Virus record (IMG/VR): IMGVR_UViG_3300027749_000080
Span: 20,195 to 84,194 of that record
Reading direction: 5' to 3' (one strand)
DNA length: 64,000 nucleotides
Source: a virus
Lineage: Duplodnaviria; Caudoviricetes
Shown: positions 38,801-46,704 of the stretch, piece after piece
How positions within the stretch are numbered: position 1 is the stretch's first letter
Layout: each line of letters starts with the position of its first letter
The notes under the pieces: model-generated
The model's input: the letters and a program-made list of their open reading frames with translations, nothing else
Databases searched by the model: none
What the model was told of the DNA's origin: nothing
Translations under genes and position numbers: made by a program

Positions 38801-38865
38801 TTACAATCACAAGAGCTGGAGGCCAATTAGCTTCTGCTTCTACTGGATTTACTCCTTCATTCTAA
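35836..38865 (+). CDS. tail sheath protein (gp18-like) with large insertions
   Basis: SGVYTVEID, KGPIN N-terminus; VPPAA, AGKRG, INVR-like, FEFND..TR C-terminus. Confidence 0.9.
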   Translation: MAEKLNLNRYKSSGVYTVEIDESTNLSLPLSTGRLVIGSSKKGPINSVVLVNDLRTLSAVYGDIDSKLEKNGNYFHRTIEVALRNGPVYALNLLPIADSDVAYFTTFNTEAASNNSSWSASSYQSSIADFYNTQKLWFADVDAVNKYKNLALGDSFPATGTVDKDANKLLSLVNLSKKHVTSWARIADTTGYDIKVKEYYKLLGDKVEVPDFLHPDDYVSDYFVELAVVEGDWSDALRLSKDPIYQQYFNASGIILSKLNDFLSLKEVTVVNRTIGAIIPDFRDLAGSPAALDHLFNNKFSTSGVYCALDYKKIDMIDLLNNPVFDGGPGSPENVETQRLDLVGYGFDEIDAQVYSVDTGNPDLSIEPVKLIDVLSYKKTAGYKYYFNIPTTSPDNYDILPGAALSLGEMYTVNPTGSDNNYIIATIGSPLYNAWANGFIKTGDTLLTGSTRYLSTDGVIKTVMNGMVKVSYIEFYAYSDLTYTNQVDAAAITSGSNKYLHIVSSTSTEFNIDFDLTDTDIFMPGFNYFAPNQLVVTLTPTLYGNPAKKETPNGNAAYNADLRGDIDNFIKTGQYVKARVLTDGNGDPVIRERLLRIKTVYAKKVSVTYLGDPTSTLQYTITVDSPLDTNVTGIDLTDSILKVYKGIKNYVTDLTGFYVPAMSLDETGLYPNGTSTRQNKILDYMFENTNIASTIADNETLNFRYIIDSFEGQIAPASKQQLAQLAANHGKALAICNAPSFAQYEKSIDPSFIDFNTNLVSTEYISTGGNLSSNPEFTFGFASGDKNGIAIASYAAYFMPNLVIFDNGRSKSVPPAAYIANTYMKKYTGGNTFSIVAGKRGIITEPEVTGLEYDLTNDDRDYLEPVGFNMIVRRRGFGVMIFSNNTGYQRVKSALNNIHVREALVTIERDIERILLNYLFEFNDPTTRLRVKTLVKNYLEAVQDARGIATFDVIFDDSNNGSEVLENNAGVIDIIVDFPRGIQKFINRITITRAGGQLASASTGFTPSF

Positions 38866-38887
38866 TTAAGAAAAGTTTAATACAAAT

Positions 38888-38916
38888 AAAAAGGACCTCA
38901 ATTGAGGTCCTTTTTT
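38888..38916. terminator. bidirectional intrinsic terminator
   Basis: Perfect palindrome AAAAAGGACCTC-AATT-GAGGTCCTTTTT between convergent genes. Confidence 0.85.
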
Positions 38917-38970
38917 GTTTAGGGCCGACAGGATATGTCAGATTCCACCACTTGGTTTAAGTCCAAGAAC

Positions 38971-39543
38971 TTAGTCTTCAATTTCCATAATACTTTCAAG
39001 AACTCGAATAGAGTCAGTTGAGTCATTATGCAAAATACCGGTTCCACCGGCATCAGTCCATTTATTTAGCTTAGTATCAAAATCGTCAATTAGGATATCA
39101 AATTCATTTCGGGCATATTTCCATTTGTCTTGATCTAAAATAATTCTGGTTTTACTTGTAAAATCTTCAGGTTTAGTAACAGGCTCTTCATCAATGTGAA
39201 GGTGTAGTTTAATCCATTTTGTTTTACCAGCTAAACATTCAGGGCTTCTGCTTGGAGCAGATAGAATAATTGGATCATACTGTTTTAAATAGTCCCATAA
39301 TTCTCTACCATCTTGTGTCCAAGGTAAATCTGCCCAAAAATCTTCTCCTAATTTATCCAGGATTGGCCAAATCGAATTTTTACCATGAAGTTCTTCGTAT
39401 GCATGCGGAGAAAGTTTTTCAGGATTTTCTGAAATTTCAGTAAAGCCACGATTAAAGTCTACTAGGACCCCGTCTAAATCACAGAAAATTGTGTATTTTC
39501 CGCCTCTTTTTTCAAAGACAAATTGTTTAAATTTTTTAAGCAT
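38971..39543 (-). CDS. HAD 5'(3')-deoxyribonucleotidase-like protein with head-targeting-like tag
   Basis: CDLDGVLVDF, ILSAP, K..W, LIDD; start MLKKFKQFVFE placed at 39543. Confidence 0.8.
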   Translation of the reverse strand: MLKKFKQFVFEKRGGKYTIFCDLDGVLVDFNRGFTEISENPEKLSPHAYEELHGKNSIWPILDKLGEDFWADLPWTQDGRELWDYLKQYDPIILSAPSRSPECLAGKTKWIKLHLHIDEEPVTKPEDFTSKTRIILDQDKWKYARNEFDILIDDFDTKLNKWTDAGGTGILHNDSTDSIRVLESIMEIED

Positions 39544-39868
39544 TTTCTTTAAGTTCAAATTGTGTATCTTGATCTTTATTTATTATGGCTAAAAGATCGT
39601 TAGCTATTACCAAATGATATCCGATACCATCCCAAGTTACATCAAGGCCTGAATATCTTTGATATAAAACTTTATCTCCAGCTTTAACTGGACATTTTGA
39701 ATTATCTGGAACTGAGTGGCCAACTGCAATTACGGTTCCTGTATTTGGGCGCTTGCGTGCATCAACTGATAAAATAATACCAGTTTCGGTTTTTGTCTCT
39801 ACTGTATCTGGTAAAACCAGCAGTCTTTCAAATAGTGGCATAAAGCCTTTTGTTATATCAACACTCAT
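39536..39868 (-). CDS. groES: co-chaperonin GroES
   Basis: PLFERLLV, TETGIIL, GTVIAVG, VKAGDKVLY. Confidence 0.9.
   Translation of the reverse strand: MSVDITKGFMPLFERLLVLPDTVETKTETGIILSVDARKRPNTGTVIAVGHSVPDNSKCPVKAGDKVLYQRYSGLDVTWDGIGYHLVIANDLLAIINKDQDTQFELKENA
39575..39584 (-). promoter_or_regulatory. late promoter AATAAATAAA embedded in groES
   Basis: About 30 nt upstream of the nucleotidase start. Confidence 0.5.
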
Positions 39869-40980
39869 TAGTATTTATAATTTTTTTTGAATTTGTAATA
39901 ATTAAATTTACGGCGAACTGTTAAATCCACACTTGCTTTTATTGCATCGAGTACGTCAGTTGGAAAAAGCTTTGTACTTAATCTTACTAATGTCTTATTA
40001 CGATGGATGTTATTCTGGATTGTCTGCCATTCACCAGGTTCCTTTATCTTTAGAGTATCACATGTTATTTCACGCATTACATCAAGGAACCCAGAATCAC
40101 CTGAATCGATTAGTTCTTTAACATCAGACCACTCATATGATTCTCTAACATGCTCTATTATTTTAGTTACTTTAGAGGCTGTCATTTTTGGATGAACTCT
40201 TGGGATATTATCAGAACTGTCTCCAGCTAAGCATTTTGTTAAAATATCCAGAGTTGGATCAATTGTTAAGTGCTGATAGTCTTTTTGGGTTAAGTCATTT
40301 ATTATATTAATAACCGCCGAGTTATCAATTGACTCAATATCAAAATCAAATAGATTAACTTCTGCCGGTTTTTCGTCTTTACCAAAATCTTCAGTTGTAT
40401 AAATCTTTTTATATTTTGTCATCTGTTTTGGCATAATTAAAATAACTTTGCGCTTATTGCTTTCCAATAATTGAGTTAAATCTTTGTCAACTGACCAAAT
40501 ACAAATATCTTCTTTTAGATTTTCACAAATGTAGGCAATTAAATCGTCACCTTCTGCTCCAGGTACTCGATTGACTACAACTCCATATTCATCTGAGATT
40601 ATATTGAGTACTTCATTTTGAAAGTATTCAAAGAACAGATAAATTTTATCATCGTATTTTCTTTGACCTTTATAACTAAAGTCTCCTTCTCCATGTGTTT
40701 CAAAATGTTCCTTAATATATTTTTTTCTCCAACTCTTAGAGTCAAATACAAAAAATACAGATTGGATATTTTCTTTAAATGGAGCAAGGATACTACCAAA
40801 ATAATTTGTTGAAAATGATTTAAACGAATCTTTACTACCCTGTTTAAGAATAAATTTATCATCGTTTAATAAATCAGCAACGTAATACTTTTCACCAATT
40901 CTTTTATCGTTTGCAAGAATGTTTTTAACAATACTTACTGCCACGTTTAAAAAAGCATTTCCGTCTATGATTAGATTCAT
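39868..40980 (-). CDS. rnh: T4 RNase H-like 5'-3' exonuclease
   Basis: IDGN, FD..SWRK, YKGQR, EGDD, DKDL.QL, GDSSDNIP. Confidence 0.88.
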   Translation of the reverse strand: MNLIIDGNAFLNVAVSIVKNILANDKRIGEKYYVADLLNDDKFILKQGSKDSFKSFSTNYFGSILAPFKENIQSVFFVFDSKSWRKKYIKEHFETHGEGDFSYKGQRKYDDKIYLFFEYFQNEVLNIISDEYGVVVNRVPGAEGDDLIAYICENLKEDICIWSVDKDLTQLLESNKRKVILIMPKQMTKYKKIYTTEDFGKDEKPAEVNLFDFDIESIDNSAVINIINDLTQKDYQHLTIDPTLDILTKCLAGDSSDNIPRVHPKMTASKVTKIIEHVRESYEWSDVKELIDSGDSGFLDVMREITCDTLKIKEPGEWQTIQNNIHRNKTLVRLSTKLFPTDVLDAIKASVDLTVRRKFNYYKFKKNYKY

Positions 40981-40986
40981 TTTATT

Positions 40987-41265
40987 TTAATTAGTAGGTT
41001 GTTTAGGAACTTGCAGTTTCTTTATTGCTTTTACAATAAGTTCAGATTCTTCTAGTGTAAATATTCCTTTAGCTTGGCAATGATTTGCTGAGGCTACTAA
41101 AATAAGAACTGCGTGTTCTGGAGTTAAATTTACCAAAAAGTTTTCATAATCTTCAAGATTAGTATAACTAATTGAAGAAAGTAGTGTAGCGATTGGAGCG
41201 GCCTCAGGTTGATTTGCGTCAACCTGAGGAGCTTCAACTACTGGTGGTGTTTTTGATTTTGCCAT
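40987..41265 (-). CDS. hypothetical protein
   Basis: 92-aa ORF in operon. Confidence 0.6.
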   Translation of the reverse strand: MAKSKTPPVVEAPQVDANQPEAAPIATLLSSISYTNLEDYENFLVNLTPEHAVLILVASANHCQAKGIFTLEESELIVKAIKKLQVPKQPTN

Positions 41266-41283
41266 TTTGTAGTTTAATTATTT

Positions 41284-42330
41284 TTATAAAGATGCAAATA
41301 AATCGTCTAAGTCATCTGCCTTTGGGGCAGCTGTTTTAGGTTTAACTTCAGGCGCTGGAGCAGAAATTTCAAAGTCATCATCTAAATTAATTGATGAGCT
41401 TACATTTTTTACTGCTGGCGCTGGAGTGAATTCAATATCTTCACCAAGTGGTGCTTGTGTTCTAGCAACCGGCGCAGATAATTTAAAGTGTTTCTTCATT
41501 CTTTCATCTTTAGTGTTTGCAACTAAATTGTCAATGATTTGTTTGTAAGGAACAATTGCTTTAATATAGTCTGCAACTTTTTCGTATTCAACATCAGTCC
41601 ATTCCTTTAAGAAATATTGACTCATATCTGGCGAATTCTTTTTAAAGTATTCGCTTACAAATTGCATAACCTTAGGCTCAGTAGAAACTGGAATTTCTTT
41701 ACCTTGAGTTGAGATAATTAATGGGCTAACTTCATTCATGAATTTACTAGCACTAAAATCTCTCCATGCTTTAGTCTTACGCTTAATAACCAAAACAAAA
41801 TCCTTACCTGTAGTAAGTGAGAATGGATTAATTTTTTGAGTAGTAACTAATTCTTGTTCAGGATTAATTTCTTGTTGGATTAAGTTGTCAATTGTATATC
41901 CATAAGAATATATTTTGATTTTACCTTCCATTGTAGGAAATTGTGGATCCTTCTTGATGTAAACGCAAGAATAGTAATTGTAATAACGATTAAAATACTT
42001 TTGAATCTCTTCAACAATTGAAGGCTCTTCATTTTTTAATCTCTTTAATTCAAGATCAAGCGTCCAAAGAATTGATGATGCTCCTGTCGTTGATGGACAA
42101 TCTACATACAACTTTTCGTTGGTTAAAGGGTTAGTTAATTTAGCTGCATATTTTTTGTAGCGGCTCTTAGTTGGATCGGTTACCCAAGGGATAAAACGAA
42201 TAACTGATTTGTAAATACCGTTTTGACCTTGGTCTGGACCGGGATTGTACACATTGTCGTCGACTTTGCGACCTGCTGCTGATGATTTACCTGAGAAATC
42301 ATCGAGATTAAGATTGAATAGATCTTCCAT
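41284..42330 (-). CDS. single-stranded DNA-binding protein, gp32-like
   Basis: IRFIP, CPST, NPF..TGKDF, acidic tail DDLDDLFASL. Confidence 0.85.
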   Translation of the reverse strand: MEDLFNLNLDDFSGKSSAAGRKVDDNVYNPGPDQGQNGIYKSVIRFIPWVTDPTKSRYKKYAAKLTNPLTNEKLYVDCPSTTGASSILWTLDLELKRLKNEEPSIVEEIQKYFNRYYNYYSCVYIKKDPQFPTMEGKIKIYSYGYTIDNLIQQEINPEQELVTTQKINPFSLTTGKDFVLVIKRKTKAWRDFSASKFMNEVSPLIISTQGKEIPVSTEPKVMQFVSEYFKKNSPDMSQYFLKEWTDVEYEKVADYIKAIVPYKQIIDNLVANTKDERMKKHFKLSAPVARTQAPLGEDIEFTPAPAVKNVSSSINLDDDFEISAPAPEVKPKTAAPKADDLDDLFASL

Positions 42331-42360
42331 ATTGTTTATAATGTTTAATAATTTAATAGA

Positions 42361-42388
42361 ATTGTACTAAATAAATGTGAAGAGTTTT
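42361..42388 (-). promoter_or_regulatory. putative early/middle promoter AAAAC-N17-TACAAT
   Basis: Bipartite motif upstream of the SSB gene. Confidence 0.65.
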
Positions 42389-42389
42389 G

Positions 42390-42422
42390 AAAAAAAAAGG
42401 ACGAGTTGTAAAACCCGTCCTT
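42390..42422 (-). terminator. intrinsic terminator
   Basis: AAGGACGGGTT-TTAC-AACTCGTCCTT plus T run on the minus strand. Confidence 0.8.
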
Positions 42423-42446
42423 AAATGTGAACTTTTAGTCTAAAAA

Positions 42447-42638
42447 TTAGGCTTTAGTATCAACTTTAGATTCCTGAACGTGAGTTCGGCCTTCTTGACA
42501 AAGTGCTTTAATGTCTTGAAGAACTTTACGAGTTCTAGTTCCAGCTGATTTATTTCCTTTTTCGTAGAATTTTCCAGCTTCTGCTTCTAATTGAGAAACT
42601 TGTTCCTTTAGCGATGTTAACCATGTAGGTGTTGTCAT
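42447..42638 (-). CDS. histone H1-like (Hc1-family) small protein
   Basis: KF.EKGNKSAGTR.RK.L..IK motif of Hc1-like proteins; monocistronic. Confidence 0.75.
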   Translation of the reverse strand: MTTPTWLTSLKEQVSQLEAEAGKFYEKGNKSAGTRTRKVLQDIKALCQEGRTHVQESKVDTKA

Positions 42639-42658
42639 AATTTCAAATATTTTTTTAT

Positions 42659-42686
42659 CTTATATTTGAGAAATCCACCCGGTTTT
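42659..42686 (-). promoter_or_regulatory. putative early/middle promoter AAAAC-N17-TATAAG
   Basis: Bipartite motif upstream of the Hc1-like gene. Confidence 0.65.
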
Positions 42687-42691
42687 AAATA

Positions 42692-43417
42692 TTAGTGATA
42701 TTTGTTTAAAAATTTAGCTGCTGGGTATACTTTTTTAGCAAAAGTTATCCAAGTTGACATAACTTTATCAGCTTCAGGTTGAGAAATTAACTTGGTCTCA
42801 ATAAAAGGTTTTAAGTATTCTTCAAATTCCTGATCAAGAGGTACTCTTTTCTTTTTAGCTGATGCATACATACCTGCAACCATTGCTGGAATTTCATCAG
42901 CTAATAAAAAGTAATGATAATCACTTTCAGCACGAGATCTTACTGATTTTGTGGTATTAATAATATGGCCAGTCTTTTTATTTATGCCTTTTTGTAAAAG
43001 GTGTTCAAGTTCATGTCGTATATTATCAATTAATTTATAATTTAATGCTGGATAACATTGAGGTTCCGCATCTGGACTAATATAAAGGACTACTTCAATT
43101 TCAGGCGACTCCGGCTCGTTTGCCTTTGGAATAAATGAATTTGCATCTATTGCAAACCCTTTATTTTCAAAATTAATTACTTCCCAAGGAAGTCCACTAA
43201 AATATTTAGATTTAGCCGGCTCAAATTCTTCAACTCTAACTAACTTAATTGATAGTGTAAATTCAAGTGGGGTATCATATTCAAATTCTTTGGATATTTC
43301 TTTACCTATCTTAACACCTGCAGTTTTCTTAATTACGCTAAATAGATCTTTAGCGAAAGTTGAAGCAAGTGAATCGTATTTTGATTCAAATATAAATTGT
43401 GAAAACCTTTTTATCAT
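42692..43417 (-). CDS. HEXXH zincin-like protein with head-targeting-like tag
   Basis: MIKRFSQFIFE; HELEH and downstream DEI.A. Confidence 0.6.
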   Translation of the reverse strand: MIKRFSQFIFESKYDSLASTFAKDLFSVIKKTAGVKIGKEISKEFEYDTPLEFTLSIKLVRVEEFEPAKSKYFSGLPWEVINFENKGFAIDANSFIPKANEPESPEIEVVLYISPDAEPQCYPALNYKLIDNIRHELEHLLQKGINKKTGHIINTTKSVRSRAESDYHYFLLADEIPAMVAGMYASAKKKRVPLDQEFEEYLKPFIETKLISQPEADKVMSTWITFAKKVYPAAKFLNKYH

Positions 43418-43974
43418 TTTTTAGGTTTAATAAAATTTACTTCTAATTGATTGGTCGAAGGAGATAGTTTAGCATCAAAATCTATATCAATATCACCCTT
43501 ATCAATACCTAGTTTTTTAGCAGCCATTGCGGATTTTAATTTGTCATAGATTTCTTTATCTAAAAATCCTTTACCTCTAAGGGCATCAACAATTTCAACT
43601 TTCTTTGAGTCTAGTTGATTATCAGTTATCCACTTATCTAAATCAACTTGTTTAACTTGATATTCTTTATATCTTTTAACTCCGCCGCCTCCAGTATATT
43701 GAGAATGCCATTTCTTATCAGCATCAATTAACACTAGATTAATATCGCCAGTTTGACCAGCGGTTGGAGCTGGTGCATTTGGGTCTGGCGGTAATTCAGC
43801 AGTTGCAAATGGATCAGTTGAAGGTGCATCAATTGGACTTGCTGGAGCTGGTGAATTTTCAGCAGGCGCTGAAGCAGTCTCAGTAGGAGAAGGTGGCTCA
43901 ACTGGTGGTGGAGTAGCCGCAGGTTCATCTGCTTCTAGTAATAACTTAAATTGTCTAAAGTCTAGGATTTCCAT
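43414..43974 (-). CDS. putative internal head protein with Pro/Ala-rich linker
   Basis: MEILDFRQFKLLLEADE; late box at 43994-44003. Confidence 0.6.
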   Translation of the reverse strand: MEILDFRQFKLLLEADEPAATPPPVEPPSPTETASAPAENSPAPASPIDAPSTDPFATAELPPDPNAPAPTAGQTGDINLVLIDADKKWHSQYTGGGGVKRYKEYQVKQVDLDKWITDNQLDSKKVEIVDALRGKGFLDKEIYDKLKSAMAAKKLGIDKGDIDIDFDAKLSPSTNQLEVNFIKPKK

Positions 43975-43993
43975 AAATATAGTAATTGTTATG

Positions 43994-44003
43994 GTTATTT
44001 ATA
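43994..44003 (-). promoter_or_regulatory. late promoter TATAAATAAC
   Basis: Exact TATAAATA just after the nrdJ terminator. Confidence 0.7.
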
Positions 44004-44004
44004 C

Positions 44005-44032
44005 AAAAAAAGGGAGACAACTGCCTCCCTTT
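44005..44032 (-). terminator. intrinsic terminator after nrdJ
   Basis: AAAGGGAGGC-AGTT-GTCTCCCTTTTTTT on the minus strand. Confidence 0.8.
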
Positions 44033-44055
44033 CCATATTCAATAGTTAATATTGG

Positions 44056-46629
44056 TTAGCCGCACTTAGAATCACCGCAGTTCTTACAAGATAGACAACC
44101 TTCTGTATAAACAAGTGCATCAGAGCCACAAGATTTACAGGTTTTACCAGAAACAGGTGTTCCGTCTTTTACAAACTTTTTAAGCATTCGTTTAACTCCA
44201 GCTTTCCAGGTAGTAATTAAGTCGCCATCTAGGTTTAAAGAATCTAATAATTCAATAACGTATGGTAATGGCATGCCATGACGTAATACAGCCGAGATAG
44301 TTTTTGCCATATCATGATATTTTTCGTCAAATGCATGATTTAGGTTAGGGATCTTAATTGTTTCTCCAAGTTTATCAACATAGACAACGTCATATGAAGA
44401 TTTTCCTTCTTTTTTAGTTCTAACAATTTTAACTGTTTCAACATAAGTTGGAATTGGGAAATTTTCATGTTGGCCAGTAAATACTTCATACGGCTTTCCA
44501 TTTAGAAGTCCAATAAGTCCGACCCAACGTTCTCCACTATTCATAAAGGTCGTAACTGAACCTTCTAATGATAGTGGTCTTTTTGGAGCTTGTGAATCGC
44601 TAAATAATTCCTGTTTTTTCTTATCGTCCTTTGAAACTAATACACCAGATCGGGAACCGTCTCGGTAAATAGTACAGCCTTTACAACCTTCTTCCCAAGC
44701 AGTCATATAAACTTGATTAACTAACTCTTCAGTAACGTGTTCTGGAAGATTTACAGTAACCGAAATTGAATGGTCAACCCATTGTTGAATCTTTCCTTGC
44801 ATTCTAACTTTTTCTACCCAATCAACATCATTTGCCATTGCTTTATGATATGGAGACTTTTCAGTTAGTAACTGTATGGCGTCATCTGAAAGCTTTTCGA
44901 TAATGTCTGATTCACCTTTAGGAATGTATTTGTATCCTTCAATCTCAATCCATTTTTTAAAGCCGTGATGAAATACGTGATATTCTTCCCAATGATCCCC
45001 AACTGAATCAATAAAGTCAGATTTGGAATTTTTATCATTTGGATTAATTTTCTTTCGGCGTTTATAAGATACCATAAAGGCAGGCTCAATACCTGAAGTA
45101 GTTTGAGACATTAATGAAACTGTACCAGTTGGTGCAATTGTTAATAGTGCAATATTACGTCTACCATATTTCATAAGATCTGCATATAGATCAGCATCGT
45201 ATTCTTTAATTCTTTCTAAGAATGGATGGCCTTCTTCTCTAGCTGCGTCCCATATCTTAAATGCTCCACGCTCTTTTGCTAGGGTATTAGATGAACGAAA
45301 AACTTCAAGTGCATAAGTTCTAGCAACTTCAACTGCAAAGTCAGTCGCTTTTTTAGTTCCATAACGTAAACCTAAGGCAGCTAACATATCTCCTTCAGCG
45401 GTAATACCTACACCAGTACGGCGACCTTCCATACATTTGGTTCGAATACGAAGCCATAATTCAAGTTCAGTACGCTTAACATCAGTAGATTCAGGATCAC
45501 TGTCAATCTTAGAAATAATGGTATCGATTTTTTCAATTTCAAGATCAATAATATCATCCATCATACGCAGTGCAATTTGAGCGTGTTCTTTAAATAACTC
45601 AAAATCAAATTTTGCATTTTTAGTAAATGGATTAACTACATATGAGTATAGATTAATTGCTAATAATCTACATGAATCGTCTGGGCATAATGGAATTTCT
45701 CCACATGGATTGGTTGAAACTGTTTTATATCCTAAATCTGCATAACGGTCAGCAAATGATTCTCTAATTATTTGATCCCAATAAAGAATTCCAGGTTCTG
45801 CTGATTTCCAAGCATTATGAATAACTTTATTCCAAAGAAGTTTTGGATCAATTACTTTAGTTACTCTTGGTGTTTCAGAAAAAATTGGATATTGCTGAGT
45901 ATACGGTTTACCAGCCTTAACTGCTTTCATAAAATCGTCGTGCATTTTAAGAGAAATATTTGCACCAGTAACTTTAGTACTATCAAGTTTAGCATCAACA
46001 AATGCTTCTGCTTCTGGGTGTCTAACTGAACATGATAACATTAATGCTCCACGACGACCTCCTTGAGCAACTTCACGAGTTGAATTTGAATAGCGTTCCA
46101 TAAATGGAATAATACCAGTAGAGGTCAATGCTGAATTCTTAACTGGTAAACCAGCAGGTCGAATATCAGATAAATCATGACCTACTCCTCCACGGCGTTT
46201 CATTAATTGAACCTGTTCTTGATCTACTTTTAAGATTGCTCCGTATGAGTCAGATGATCCATTAACTCCAATAACAAAACAGTTAGACAATGACACGGTT
46301 TGATTATTATTTCCGATACCGCTCATTGGTGAACCTTGTGGAATAATATATTTAAACTTATCTAGTAATGAAAAGATATATTCTTCACTTAACGGATTTT
46401 TATATTTCTTTTCAACTCTAGCAAGCTCTGATGCAATTCGACGATGCATCATTTCTGGATTCTTTTCATAAAGATTACCATCTGAATCTTTTAGTGCGTA
46501 TTTGTTAATCCATACACTGGCTGCTAAATCATCTCCATTAAAATACTCTAATGATGACTCATTTGCTTCTTCTCGGGTATACGTCATTTTAACCTCGGTT
46601 TCTGTTTCTAATACTGAATTGTCTATCAT
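44056..46629 (-). CDS. nrdJ: class II (adenosylcobalamin-dependent) ribonucleotide reductase
   Basis: SNCF, RRGA, TNPCGEIPL, IAPTGT, YRDGSR, C-terminal zinc ribbon. Confidence 0.9.
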   Translation of the reverse strand: MIDNSVLETETEVKMTYTREEANESSLEYFNGDDLAASVWINKYALKDSDGNLYEKNPEMMHRRIASELARVEKKYKNPLSEEYIFSLLDKFKYIIPQGSPMSGIGNNNQTVSLSNCFVIGVNGSSDSYGAILKVDQEQVQLMKRRGGVGHDLSDIRPAGLPVKNSALTSTGIIPFMERYSNSTREVAQGGRRGALMLSCSVRHPEAEAFVDAKLDSTKVTGANISLKMHDDFMKAVKAGKPYTQQYPIFSETPRVTKVIDPKLLWNKVIHNAWKSAEPGILYWDQIIRESFADRYADLGYKTVSTNPCGEIPLCPDDSCRLLAINLYSYVVNPFTKNAKFDFELFKEHAQIALRMMDDIIDLEIEKIDTIISKIDSDPESTDVKRTELELWLRIRTKCMEGRRTGVGITAEGDMLAALGLRYGTKKATDFAVEVARTYALEVFRSSNTLAKERGAFKIWDAAREEGHPFLERIKEYDADLYADLMKYGRRNIALLTIAPTGTVSLMSQTTSGIEPAFMVSYKRRKKINPNDKNSKSDFIDSVGDHWEEYHVFHHGFKKWIEIEGYKYIPKGESDIIEKLSDDAIQLLTEKSPYHKAMANDVDWVEKVRMQGKIQQWVDHSISVTVNLPEHVTEELVNQVYMTAWEEGCKGCTIYRDGSRSGVLVSKDDKKKQELFSDSQAPKRPLSLEGSVTTFMNSGERWVGLIGLLNGKPYEVFTGQHENFPIPTYVETVKIVRTKKEGKSSYDVVYVDKLGETIKIPNLNHAFDEKYHDMAKTISAVLRHGMPLPYVIELLDSLNLDGDLITTWKAGVKRMLKKFVKDGTPVSGKTCKSCGSDALVYTEGCLSCKNCGDSKCG

Positions 46630-46660
46630 TTTTATTGTTTATTTTTAAGTTAATTTATTG

Positions 46661-46702
46661 AAAAAAGACAACTCTACCCCAGCGGTTTACTGAGGTAGGG
46701 TT
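46661..46702 (-). terminator. terminator-like hairpin between the S1-like gene and nrdJ
   Basis: CTACCTCAG-TAAACCG-CTGGGGTAG followed by GTCTTTTTT. Confidence 0.6.
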
Positions 46703-46704
46703 AA

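Noticed and set aside
29499-46629. Inteins or introns in helicase, UvsX, PolB or NrdJ
   Set aside because: Conserved motifs are contiguous and no intein or homing-endonuclease signatures were seen.
46630-46704. Cobalamin riboswitch upstream of nrdJ
   Set aside because: The gap is only about 75 nt and no B12-box is recognisable.
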